From a virus (taxonomy: Duplodnaviria; Caudoviricetes): a DNA stretch of 64,000 nucleotides. A program made the position numbers and the translations under genes. The DNA lies in the IMG/VR virus record IMGVR_UViG_3300033072_000537, positions 27,573 through 91,572 of that record. One strand, 5' to 3'. Positions 53,161 to 62,291 of the stretch are shown here, in pieces. Every line of letters begins with the position of its first letter. Position 1 is the stretch's first letter. A model generated the notes under the pieces. The model was not told the origin of the DNA and ran no database searches. It worked only from the letters and a program-made list of their open reading frames with translations.

Positions 53161-55326
53161 ATGAAGACGCCGCTGTTTGACAGCGCCGTACTTGACCCGG
53201 CGGTCTTTGGGGGCGACGCAACCCTATTTGACTCTGGCGTCTTCGGCACGATTTTCGACGAAGGAACTGCTACCGCCGGCACGCTGATTGGCGCAAACGC
53301 AAGTCAGTCGAACGCATCTGGTACAGGCGCAGTTGCTCAGGTCTATCCGTCGAACAAGGTCCGCTACATTCGGGACTGGGCGAACGGTTCGTCTGTTAAT
53401 GGCGCTAGCTACTGGGTCGAGATTGCGGCTTATGACAAGTTCGGCGCTAAAGTTTCAGTCGGGAAAACCGTCACCACGCCGTTCGCGATCTCGTCCGGCA
53501 CCACGGCGATGGTCACAGATGGCGACCTAGATTCGTCTGACACAGGGAAGTACCTTTGTCTCGCTGATCAAAATGTCTATGTCACGGTCGATCTCGGAGC
53601 AGTGCTTGACATCGCGTGGGTCACGCGCTGGCACTACTACCACGATGGCCGGGTCATGCTCGGCACCAAAACCGAGGTATCGCAGGACGGCGTAACCTGG
53701 ACGACGATCTTCGACTCGGCTGTCTCTGGAACCTATGCGGAAACTGGCTCAGGGCGGACAGATGTAACTCTGCCAACCAGCGCTGGTGCGACCAACCTCA
53801 CGGGTGCGTCATCCTCTCAGGCGAGTGTGTCCAGCACAGGAGCTGTTGCACAGACTCATGCTTTGGTGGGCGCATCAAGTTCCCAGGCTGCTACCAGCGT
53901 CCCAGGTGCCGCCACGCAGGCGCACGGCCTTGATGGCATAGGAAGCTCACAGGACAATCAGTCAAGCACAGGGGCAGAAGCACAGGCGCACATCCTGTCT
54001 GGCTCCCCATCTTCCCAAGCCGCTACTTCTGGCGCGGGTACGGTGGCATCAATTCATGCTTTGCTCGGCGCAAGCGCATCTCAGGCGCAGTCATCTCAGG
54101 CCGCAGCGGTTACAAGTATCCAATCGCTGGCTGGCGCGGGCTCAGTGCAGGATGCTGTGGCGTCGACGGGCGCTGTCGCACAGACCCACGGGTTGTCCGG
54201 CGCTGAATCATCACAGGAGAACACCTCGCTTGCCGCCGGGGTAAGTTCTATCCTGATGCTTTCTGGGGCAAGTTCGTCCCAAGCAAATACCGCATCGGTC
54301 GGTAGCGTTAGCCAAGGGCTCGCGCTGATCGGCGCTGCTGCGTCGCAGGCCAACGCATCCGGGGTTGGCACGGTAGATCAGGCGCACGCACTTGATGGCG
54401 CTAACACGACGCAGGACAGCGCTTCTGGTAGCGGCCCGCTGTTCTCGGTCTATGTGCTGCATGGAGGCGCCACTTCGCAGATCGGTGTGTCTGGCGTCGG
54501 CTCCGTCAGTTTTGCGCATGTGCTTTCCGGATCGGCATCTTCGCAGTCGTCCTCCATTTCGGCCGGCGTTGTCCGCCAGGTGCATCCGCTTTCCGGCGCT
54601 CCGTCTTCTTCGCCTAGCGCATCCTCTTCTGGCGCAGTCATTCAGCACTTCCTGTTGGCTGGTGCCACCACGTCCGACTCGAAGGTGTCGGGTTCCGGTG
54701 TCATCTCCATTGCTCACAATCTCCGAGGCGCGGGCTCCGCCCAATATGCGACATCGCAGACGGGGGCTCTGTCTGAATCTCATGCGCTGGCCGGCTCTGC
54801 TGCATCTCAGTCGGCAACAGTTTCGACTGGGCGTATCATCCGGGTTCAATCGCTTGATGCTGATTCAACATCGCAAGGAGGATCGTCAGAGGCTGCGGCA
54901 GTTCGGCAGGTGCATCACCTGCCAGTTGCTCGAGCAGATCAGTCTGCGTCTTGCTCGGCAGGGAATGTTGCGCAGGATCACTTGCTTGAGGCTTACGGCT
55001 CTGTAGTCGGATCGGCCAGCGTTGGTGCCAACGTAAGGCAAATCCACAAACTGACTGGCGATTGGGTGCTGCCTGGATACGTCGATGATGGCTATGTCGC
55101 CCGCGCTCGGTGTGAGCAGTCGGCTTGGTCCGGTTCTGGCATGGTTTATTTCGCAAAGCCTGTTTCAGAAGACCGCACATATCGTGTGCCGTACTCGCTG
55201 AGAGAGATGGCGGTCTTGCAATCTCCCCGCGCTGGATCGGTGGTGCCTGATTCCAGAAGTGCTGCGGTGTCATCACCGCCTCGTCGTGACCGCATGATTG
55301 CCGCCAAGCGATATTTCAAGGCATGA
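53161..55326 (+). CDS. Fibre/decoration protein: discoidin(F5/8 C)-like domain + Ser/Ala-rich ~22-aa repeats
   Basis: VTVDLG…TEVSQDGVTWTT; repeats HxLxGAxSSQxxxSxxGxVxQ. Confidence 0.7.
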   Translation: MKTPLFDSAVLDPAVFGGDATLFDSGVFGTIFDEGTATAGTLIGANASQSNASGTGAVAQVYPSNKVRYIRDWANGSSVNGASYWVEIAAYDKFGAKVSVGKTVTTPFAISSGTTAMVTDGDLDSSDTGKYLCLADQNVYVTVDLGAVLDIAWVTRWHYYHDGRVMLGTKTEVSQDGVTWTTIFDSAVSGTYAETGSGRTDVTLPTSAGATNLTGASSSQASVSSTGAVAQTHALVGASSSQAATSVPGAATQAHGLDGIGSSQDNQSSTGAEAQAHILSGSPSSQAATSGAGTVASIHALLGASASQAQSSQAAAVTSIQSLAGAGSVQDAVASTGAVAQTHGLSGAESSQENTSLAAGVSSILMLSGASSSQANTASVGSVSQGLALIGAAASQANASGVGTVDQAHALDGANTTQDSASGSGPLFSVYVLHGGATSQIGVSGVGSVSFAHVLSGSASSQSSSISAGVVRQVHPLSGAPSSSPSASSSGAVIQHFLLAGATTSDSKVSGSGVISIAHNLRGAGSAQYATSQTGALSESHALAGSAASQSATVSTGRIIRVQSLDADSTSQGGSSEAAAVRQVHHLPVARADQSASCSAGNVAQDHLLEAYGSVVGSASVGANVRQIHKLTGDWVLPGYVDDGYVARARCEQSAWSGSGMVYFAKPVSEDRTYRVPYSLREMAVLQSPRAGSVVPDSRSAAVSSPPRRDRMIAAKRYFKA
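55283..55298 (+). promoter_or_regulatory. Late-type promoter
   Basis: GTCGTGAC-CG-CATGAT at the end of the fibre gene. Confidence 0.65.
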
Positions 55327-55327
55327 C

Positions 55328-56416
55328 ATGGCAACCCTTCAAAACGATGGAAAGGGGCTCTGGGCGCAGCAGGACAAGGATGCCTTCCTGGACTACGCCC
55401 TTGATTGGTCGGACTGGCTGTCTCGCGCGCCCGGCGATTCCATCAACACGAGCACCTGGACGGCTGACCCTCAGCTGACCATCAGCACGTTCGGCGTTGA
55501 TGGCGCAGTGACGTCCGTGTGGGTTCAGGGCGGCGTCCAAAACAAGTGGTACGCACTGGTAAATACTGTGGTGAGCGTGCAGGGTCGCCGCGATCAGCGG
55601 GTGATCCGCCTCTACATCACCAACGAGGCTGACGTCGGCCCGCAGGGGACGGCGGTATTCCCAAGTCGCGCAAAGGTGCTGGACGAGTTGCGCCGCGACA
55701 ATCTCATGATCGCGTCGCAAACCTACTTGTCCGGCGTGGAAATGTCCGACGACTACCTGTTCGACAAGCTGCGTGCGGCAGAGGCCTACGTGCAGCACTC
55801 GCTTCGCTGCTACCTGGCACCAACGGTGATCATCCCTGACGATGCACCGCAGTCTGAAATCGACGCCCTCGAGGCTGCCGGCACGCGCTACGCGCAGGAG
55901 GCTGCCTACGACTATGACCCGAGTTTCTTCTCCGCCGACAACTGGGGCTACATCGTCGCCAAGAGCCGGCCGATCATCTCGGTTGAGTCGATGCGCTTCC
56001 ATTACCCGACTCCTACTCGGAGCATTTGGGAAATTCCGCATGAGTGGATTCGGCTGGATCGCAAGTACGGCCACATCCGCCTGATACCGCAGGCTATGTC
56101 AGTATCCGTTCCGGTGGCCGGTTTTATCATGAATGCGCTAGGCGGCGGTCGCCCGATCCCGTTCATGATCCAGCTCCGTTACACCGCCGGGATCAAGAAC
56201 ATCAACGCCGAGTATCCGGAGATCGTCACCGCCATCAAGCGCATGGCCGTGCTGAATGTCCTCAAGGATAGTTTCACGCCGCAGTCTGGTTCGATTTCTG
56301 CCGATGGCCTGTCTCAGTCTGTGTCGGCTGATATGGATAAGTACAGCGATAGCATCGACAAGGCCCTGGACACTGCTCGCGACCAGATTCACGGCGTCCG
56401 ATTTATTGTGTGCTGA
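55328..56416 (+). CDS. Head-tail adaptor with N-terminal Ig-like (LDYALDWSDWL) domain
   Basis: Position; RPIISVE…IQLRYTAG…SISADGLSQS. Confidence 0.75.
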   Translation: MATLQNDGKGLWAQQDKDAFLDYALDWSDWLSRAPGDSINTSTWTADPQLTISTFGVDGAVTSVWVQGGVQNKWYALVNTVVSVQGRRDQRVIRLYITNEADVGPQGTAVFPSRAKVLDELRRDNLMIASQTYLSGVEMSDDYLFDKLRAAEAYVQHSLRCYLAPTVIIPDDAPQSEIDALEAAGTRYAQEAAYDYDPSFFSADNWGYIVAKSRPIISVESMRFHYPTPTRSIWEIPHEWIRLDRKYGHIRLIPQAMSVSVPVAGFIMNALGGGRPIPFMIQLRYTAGIKNINAEYPEIVTAIKRMAVLNVLKDSFTPQSGSISADGLSQSVSADMDKYSDSIDKALDTARDQIHGVRFIVC

Positions 56417-56417
56417 T

Positions 56418-57059
56418 ATGCCTCGCCTAAACCCAGCTGCGTTCAACCGATTTCTGCGTCACATGGGCCAAAACGTTCTGTGGCGCTCGTCCTCGGCCTG
56501 CCCTTGCGTGAATGAGTTCTCCGGAGCTGCCGAGCCTTCCTGTCCGCAATGCCACGGCAAGGGCCACACCTGGGAGGCCGGCGTCGAGGGCGTCGTCGGC
56601 GTCACCAGGCAGGACGTGTCGCCTGAGTGGAAGGACTTCGGTAATTTCGAGCAGGGCGACATGACGCTTTCGGTAGGGTCGGATTCGCCTCTCTACGACA
56701 TGGGGCGCTTCGACCGCGTCGTCCTGCTCAACAGCACCGACCGCTTTTCCCGCGTGCTGACACATGGCGTGAATGACGCCACGCTCGACATGCCGGTCGT
56801 TTCTTTCAGCCGGGTATATTGGCTGTCGCAAGATCGGACGAGCAAGATCGAGGGCAGCTTGCCGGTGTGGAATGAGGCGACGCGGTCGCTGACCTGGCCG
56901 GACGGCGCGCCGCCGGTCGGGCAGCAGTTTTCACTCACTGGCGTGCGCTATGACGAGTATTTCGTGTGGCAGACCCTGCCGTCTGATCGCAACGAGCACC
57001 AGGGCGCGCCGCTGCCGAAGCGTGTCCAGCTCCGCAGGTTCGATTTGTTCGGAAGATAA
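56418..57059 (+). CDS. Head closure/neck protein
   Basis: GQNVLW…CPC…CPQCHGKG. Confidence 0.7.
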   Translation: MPRLNPAAFNRFLRHMGQNVLWRSSSACPCVNEFSGAAEPSCPQCHGKGHTWEAGVEGVVGVTRQDVSPEWKDFGNFEQGDMTLSVGSDSPLYDMGRFDRVVLLNSTDRFSRVLTHGVNDATLDMPVVSFSRVYWLSQDRTSKIEGSLPVWNEATRSLTWPDGAPPVGQQFSLTGVRYDEYFVWQTLPSDRNEHQGAPLPKRVQLRRFDLFGR

Positions 57060-57076
57060 CCAAATCTGGTTATAAT
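57057..57076 (+). promoter_or_regulatory. Operator-bearing promoter (leaderless) for the GIY-YIG gene
   Basis: TAACCA-AATC-TGGTTA overlapping TATAAT, 6 nt before ATG 57083. Confidence 0.65.
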
Positions 57077-57082
57077 GTCCGC

Positions 57083-57904
57083 ATGAAAACGTGCGGAATA
57101 TACCTGATCACTGTGCAGCGCCCCGGGTTGCTTCCGGTGCACTACGTCGGACAATCGGTGTGCATCGAAAAAAGGCTAGTTCAGCACACCCAAAAACTCG
57201 CCTGCGGGAGCCATCCAAACGCCAGGATGCAGTCTTGCTACAACAAGTACGGAGGAGGATCGTTCTCCTTTGACATTCTTGAGGAGTGCCAAAGAAGCGA
57301 GTTGAATAGATTTGAGCAGTGGTGGCTTGACGAGATGGTTGGTTACAGGCGCGTGTTAAATTTCGGAGTCGTAGCCACTAGCGGAATGGCGAAGCGCAAC
57401 CATTCGCCCGAATCAAAAGCGCGAATGTCCGCTGCTCACAAGGGTAAAAAACTCTCAGCAGAGCACGTAAAAAAAATAGCGGACAAGAACAGAGGAAAGA
57501 GAATATCCGACCAAGAGCGGCTATTTCGATCAATAAACCAAAAAGGTAAATCGTTAACGGAAGAGCATCGCCAAGCACTGGCGGATGCAAAGAAGGGGAA
57601 AGAGATACCAAATACTCAAAGGCAAAAAATGATCAAAGGTCTGCCGCGAGGAGATGATCATCCAGCTAGGAAAAACGCAGAAAATCATCCGTTGCATAAG
57701 CCTGTAATTGCGGTCTGCAAGGAAACAGGAAAGGTATTAACCTTCAAGAGCTTGAAGCATGCCGGGGTGGCCGGATTCAATCCGGCCACTATATCGTCAG
57801 TGTGTTCTGGGAGGTTGAAATCGCACAAAGGGTATAAGTGGTCATTTATCCACCAAGATCGCGTTTCACCGCTTCCTGTATCACCTTCTCTGCAACTGGA
57901 TTGA
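57083..57904 (+). CDS. GIY-YIG homing endonuclease with NUMOD3/NUMOD1 repeats
   Basis: CGIYLI…YVGQS…R…E…N; HSPESKARMSAAHKGKKLS; KSHKGYKWSF. Confidence 0.92.
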   Translation: MKTCGIYLITVQRPGLLPVHYVGQSVCIEKRLVQHTQKLACGSHPNARMQSCYNKYGGGSFSFDILEECQRSELNRFEQWWLDEMVGYRRVLNFGVVATSGMAKRNHSPESKARMSAAHKGKKLSAEHVKKIADKNRGKRISDQERLFRSINQKGKSLTEEHRQALADAKKGKEIPNTQRQKMIKGLPRGDDHPARKNAENHPLHKPVIAVCKETGKVLTFKSLKHAGVAGFNPATISSVCSGRLKSHKGYKWSFIHQDRVSPLPVSPSLQLD

Positions 57905-58637
57905 GCCCAGCAACCACATTCTGAACAATGTTGAGTCCAGGTTGCGCTGGGATGATCCAGCCTTTGGAATTCTCAGACATGGTGCGGAATGTCAAAAATG
58001 CTGACCTTTTTTGTCCGCCCAGACCTGATGCGTCGAATCGCACCATTCCTTGATAATTTTTAGGAATGTTCGGGCCGTCCAGTCGATCTCCCCACTGGTA
58101 TTTTCGTTGCGGCACCGTCGCCGGCTGGCGAGTATTGACATCCCACGCCCCGGTTCCAGAGATACGCCGCCCCATGCCAGTGACTTTTGAAGGGGCGAGT
58201 TGAGATGCGATCTGGTAAACATTGTCCGGCATTGATGGCGCAAGAGCTCCGCTGCTGGGTACGTTGTGCTGGAGTGGAATGTAGAGATAGCGCGTTCCCT
58301 TCTGTGTGACGCGCACTTTCATTGACGTCCGCAACATGAGCTTGAGGTCGCGCGCCGGGCGGCCGTGCTCAATCTCCGCCGCCTTCGCGTAATCCGTGGT
58401 CACCCTGGCATGGAAGTCGCCGACGTATTTCCACTGGATTGAGCTGGCGTAGGTTTTCTTTTCCTCCGACCAGATTCCAGGGGCCTGCATTACGGCGTTC
58501 GCCCAATTATTCTGAGCCTGCGCCGCGATAGCGCCGATGGCTTCATGCACGCGAGGAAGCACCGCGCTATTGATTATCTGCCCGGCGTCCAGGATCGCGC
58601 CGAGATCGACTTTAATGCTGAAACCGCCGTCTGCCAT
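57846..58637 (-). CDS. Putative neck/tail-completion protein on the opposite strand
   Basis: AAGGAGG RBS; YLYIP…FRTMSENSKGWIIP; own late-type promoter. Confidence 0.65.
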   Translation of the reverse strand: MADGGFSIKVDLGAILDAGQIINSAVLPRVHEAIGAIAAQAQNNWANAVMQAPGIWSEEKKTYASSIQWKYVGDFHARVTTDYAKAAEIEHGRPARDLKLMLRTSMKVRVTQKGTRYLYIPLQHNVPSSGALAPSMPDNVYQIASQLAPSKVTGMGRRISGTGAWDVNTRQPATVPQRKYQWGDRLDGPNIPKNYQGMVRFDASGLGGQKRSAFLTFRTMSENSKGWIIPAQPGLNIVQNVVAGLNPVAEKVIQEAVKRDLGG

Positions 58638-58657
58638 GTGAGAAGCCTCCTTGCCGA

Positions 58658-58693
58658 AGTATAGCGTCACGCGGTTTGTCGTGACGTTACCCT
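58658..58693. promoter_or_regulatory. Divergent pair of late-type promoters
   Basis: Minus CGCGTGAC-GC-TATACT (58673-58658); plus GTCGTGAC-GT-TACCCT (58678-58693). Confidence 0.75.
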
Positions 58694-58700
58694 TCTGTGC

Positions 58701-59543
58701 ATGATCTCAATGGTCCAAGTCCTGCCTGTCGGGAATGCTCTCCGGATTTTCATTACCCCGCCGGTCGGGGCGGAAGCGGTTCGCCTGCTGCGTCGGACCG
58801 CCGATACTTTCACCGGCCACAACGACACGGGCGCCTTCCTGGTGGCCGAGGCGCTCGACCATTCGGTCATCGACACGACTGGGCTGGTGAATGGTCAGTC
58901 CTATTTCTACAAAGCCTACGCTCTCGTCGCCGGTCAGTGGATTGCCAGCCCAACGGCTACCGGTACGCCGAACGCGATCTACCAGGACGAGTCGGTTCAG
59001 GTCGTCGAATTCATCCGCGAGCGACTGGCCGCTGGCCTGCTGGTCGAGGTCCAGCGTGGCGCATTGCAACACGAGCTCGGGAAAATTCCCGTCCTGATCG
59101 CCAGTCCGACCTTCGAGGATACGAAGTGGCCGGTGGTCACAATCCATGTCGCGGCGGACAGCTCCGATAACCGATTCCTTGGCGAAACCATCGACCCGGA
59201 CTGGTTCGATGCTGACGCCTTCGAGTGGGTCGGCTCCGAAGGCTGGCTGTCCTCCGTCCGCCTGAATATCGCTGGCTGGGCGCTGAATGCTGATGTGCGC
59301 GCCGCCCTCCGCAAAGCAATCAAGCGGATCATCATGGCGAACCTGCCGCTCTTCGACGAGCGCGGCATGTATCAGATCATGATGAACCAGCAGGACGTCG
59401 ATGATTTTCAATCGTACTCGGCACCAGTTTATCAGTCCGTAGCTCAGTTCTCTTGCCTCGCTCGCAGCGCTGTTTCTGCTGTTGAGGGTGCTGTTCGCGA
59501 AGTGATTTCTACCCCAGTCGTTCCGGCTGTATATCAACCGTAA
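58701..59543 (+). CDS. Putative tail terminator/completion protein
   Basis: Position before sheath; leaderless late promoter. Confidence 0.65.
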   Translation: MISMVQVLPVGNALRIFITPPVGAEAVRLLRRTADTFTGHNDTGAFLVAEALDHSVIDTTGLVNGQSYFYKAYALVAGQWIASPTATGTPNAIYQDESVQVVEFIRERLAAGLLVEVQRGALQHELGKIPVLIASPTFEDTKWPVVTIHVAADSSDNRFLGETIDPDWFDADAFEWVGSEGWLSSVRLNIAGWALNADVRAALRKAIKRIIMANLPLFDERGMYQIMMNQQDVDDFQSYSAPVYQSVAQFSCLARSAVSAVEGAVREVISTPVVPAVYQP

Positions 59544-59552
59544 GGAGCTCTC

Positions 59553-59777
59553 ATGCCCAAACAAACCGACGAGCCGAAGGTCGCCGACGCAGTAGCGGCG
59601 GCACCCGGCGACTTCCCGCTTTCCCTGGACGAGTTCTGCCAGCGCCTGTCCGCCTCCGACCGTCGCACCGAGCTGATCGGCGCGTTCCACCACGTCGAGA
59701 AGGCAGCCGGCCGCGCTCAGGACACGGAGGGGAATTTCCGCGCCCGCTTCGATGCGTTCGTTTCCCAACCCGCGTAA
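59553..59777 (+). CDS. Small tail-module protein
   Basis: AAGGAG RBS, precedes sheath. Confidence 0.7.
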   Translation: MPKQTDEPKVADAVAAAPGDFPLSLDEFCQRLSASDRRTELIGAFHHVEKAAGRAQDTEGNFRARFDAFVSQPA

Positions 59778-59788
59778 GGAGCTAAACT

Positions 59789-61501
59789 ATGCCGGTATTC
59801 TTTAACGGGCGCCTCTGGATTTCGCCGGCCACCATGTCGGTGGTCGATGACAGCGCCATGTACAACAAAAACCTGTCTGTCGGTAACGTCCTGGCGATTA
59901 TCGGGCGTGCTGATGGCGGGGAACCCAACAAGGCTCTTGCCTTCGGCAGCGCAGCTGAGGCGAAGGCTATTCTCAAGGGTGGCGACCTGCTTACCGCCAT
60001 CGAAAAGGCGTTTGACCCGTCAGCCGAAACTGTTGGGCCTGCGACCGTGATTGCCGTTCGCGTCAATCCGGCTACGCAGTCGTCGCTGGCGCTGAAGAGC
60101 GCGGCTGCTGCCGATGTCATCAACCTGACCTCGACTGACTACGGCCAGCGTGCCAACCAGATCAAGGTCAAGGTTGAGGCGGGCACCAACAAGGGTTTCA
60201 AGCTGACCAGCCAGAACGGCAACGACTATTATTCTGCCGACGACGTCTATCGCGACGCCTTCTCGGTGGTTTATGGCGGTGCCGAGTCTACGGCCACGAT
60301 CACCATCACTGGCACCTCCGTCGTCCTGGCCGCTCCTGCTGGTACTCCGGTTGCCACCATCGACTTGAACAGCTTCCCGACGATTCAACAGCTCGTTGAT
60401 CGTATCAACGTCGTGTCTGGCTTCCTGGCTTCTGTGCTTGACGGCAACGGCGAGCAGGAAGCGCTGAACGGCCTCGACTACGTCACCGCACAATCTGTGA
60501 AAACCAGCTACACCGTCGCCGGCAACCTGCAGGCCGTGGTGGATTGGTTCAACGGGATCGGCGAGGGATTCGTCAATGCAGCCCGTGTCGCTGGTGTCGG
60601 CGCTGTTCCGGCTGCCGTGAACTGGACTTACCTGTCCGGCGGTTCCGATGGCGTCGTAACTAACTCCGAGTGGCAGGCTGCCTACACCACTCTCCAGGCC
60701 GAAGACGTGCAGTGGGTTGTCCCGCTGTCCAGCTCGTCCGCCATCCATGCCATGAACGATACGCACTGTGCCTACATGAGCAACATTGCTCGCATGGAGC
60801 GTCGTGGCATCGTGGGCGGGGCCTCTGGCGCGACCGATGATGCAGCTATCGCTGCAGCCAAGGCGCTGAACAGCGACCGTAGCTCATACACCCACTTGGG
60901 CTACTACGACTACGACGCGAACGGCAATCTCAAGCTGTTCGAGCCGTATTTCATGGCCGCCCTGCTGGCTGGTGCCTTCTCCGGCGTCAATCCTGGTACT
61001 GCCCTGACGAACAAGTCGATCAAGGTCCGTGGCCTCGAGCGCAAGCTCCGCAACCCGACCGACACCGACAAGCTGATCAAGGGCGGCGTGCTGTGCGTCG
61101 AGGACAAGCCGAACGGCTACCGTGTTGTCAAGTCGATCACTACCTGGCTGAACAACAACAACTACAACCGCGTCGAAATCTCGACCGGCGTAGCTCTCGA
61201 CTTTGTCGCACGCAATGTGCGCGACGCGCTGGACCCGCTGCGTGGTGCCAAGGGCAATCCGCAGACCCTGGCGCTGGCTGTTGCCCGTGCCGAGTCCGCT
61301 CTGCGCGAGCTGGCCCGCCCCGAGCCGCAAGGCCCTGGTGTGATCGTCGGCGACAAGGAAAACCCGGCCTACAAGAACATCGTGGCCTATCTGGAGGGAG
61401 ACGTTCTGCGCGTTGATTTCCAGTGCAGCCCGGTGATCCCGGTCAACTATATCCCGGTGACGATCTTCGCTGTTCCGTACAGCGGGACCGCCCGCGCGTA
61501 A
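59789..61501 (+). CDS. Tail sheath protein
   Basis: AIIGRADGGEPN…LSGGSDG…LIKGGVL…PVNYI; 570 aa. Confidence 0.92.
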   Translation: MPVFFNGRLWISPATMSVVDDSAMYNKNLSVGNVLAIIGRADGGEPNKALAFGSAAEAKAILKGGDLLTAIEKAFDPSAETVGPATVIAVRVNPATQSSLALKSAAAADVINLTSTDYGQRANQIKVKVEAGTNKGFKLTSQNGNDYYSADDVYRDAFSVVYGGAESTATITITGTSVVLAAPAGTPVATIDLNSFPTIQQLVDRINVVSGFLASVLDGNGEQEALNGLDYVTAQSVKTSYTVAGNLQAVVDWFNGIGEGFVNAARVAGVGAVPAAVNWTYLSGGSDGVVTNSEWQAAYTTLQAEDVQWVVPLSSSSAIHAMNDTHCAYMSNIARMERRGIVGGASGATDDAAIAAAKALNSDRSSYTHLGYYDYDANGNLKLFEPYFMAALLAGAFSGVNPGTALTNKSIKVRGLERKLRNPTDTDKLIKGGVLCVEDKPNGYRVVKSITTWLNNNNYNRVEISTGVALDFVARNVRDALDPLRGAKGNPQTLALAVARAESALRELARPEPQGPGVIVGDKENPAYKNIVAYLEGDVLRVDFQCSPVIPVNYIPVTIFAVPYSGTARA

Positions 61502-61514
61502 GGAGTGAAACAAG

Positions 61515-61937
61515 ATGCAGACTAACCTTAAAGTCCGCTCGGGTAACCGGATCATCGTCACGTTCGATGGCAAGCAGATTGGCACCTGCAAGTCTGTTCG
61601 CATGAACGATGACTACAGCCCGGAGCCCGTCACCGGTATCGGCGACATTCACGTCGTCGAGTACGTGCCGACCGTGGCCCGCCACAACCTTCAGGCCTCC
61701 TACGTGGTCTTGAACAAGGGCGCGCTCCGCGACATCGGCATCTCGCTCGAGAACGGCGATGCCGCTCTGCAGGGCCTGGTGTTTGATTTGGTCGTCCTGT
61801 CAAAGGATGACGGTGCGCAGCTCCGCAAGTACACCGGCTGTTCCTACGCCTCTGGCGATCTGGAAATCAACGCCAACGCTGTTGTGATGGCAAACGCCAC
61901 CTTTAACGCGCTGGACGTCACCGGCACCGCAGGCTGA
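61515..61937 (+). CDS. Tail tube protein
   Basis: Follows sheath; PVTGIGDIHVVEYVP. Confidence 0.85.
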   Translation: MQTNLKVRSGNRIIVTFDGKQIGTCKSVRMNDDYSPEPVTGIGDIHVVEYVPTVARHNLQASYVVLNKGALRDIGISLENGDAALQGLVFDLVVLSKDDGAQLRKYTGCSYASGDLEINANAVVMANATFNALDVTGTAG

Positions 61938-61958
61938 TCATGTCTTGCGACGGCTGAT

Positions 61959-62011
61959 AAACGCCCCTTCGGGGGCGTTTTTTATTGGTGAAGGCGTCGT
62001 GACTGTACCCT
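61959..62011 (+). promoter_or_regulatory. Terminator followed by late-type promoter
   Basis: AAACGCCCC-TTCG-GGGGCGTTT+T; GTCGTGAC-TG-TACCCT (61996-62011). Confidence 0.75.
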
Positions 62012-62039
62012 TGTTTTATTGATTTTTTCGAGGTGAAAC

Positions 62040-62291
62040 ATGGACAGACTTCGCATGGTCGAGTGGGCGCTGCTGGCGGCAATTTTCTACGCCTTGGCGC
62101 TGATCGTGACCCAGCCGCAGATTCAGACCGCGCTCTGGAAGATGGGGCACATCACCGTCGGGGCCTACCTTGGCTACTGGGCCGACCGCACCCTGCTCGG
62201 GCGCGTGAGCGCGCATTCATCGCCTGCTCGTGTGGTGGCCCGCGCCATCATCATCGCCGCAGCGATCTGGGGCATGTCAGGGGGGCTTTGA
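62040..62291 (+). CDS. Putative holin (2/3-TM type)
   Basis: Hydrophobic helices; GAYLGYWADRTL; GAGGT RBS. Confidence 0.8.
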   Translation: MDRLRMVEWALLAAIFYALALIVTQPQIQTALWKMGHITVGAYLGYWADRTLLGRVSAHSSPARVVARAIIIAAAIWGMSGGL

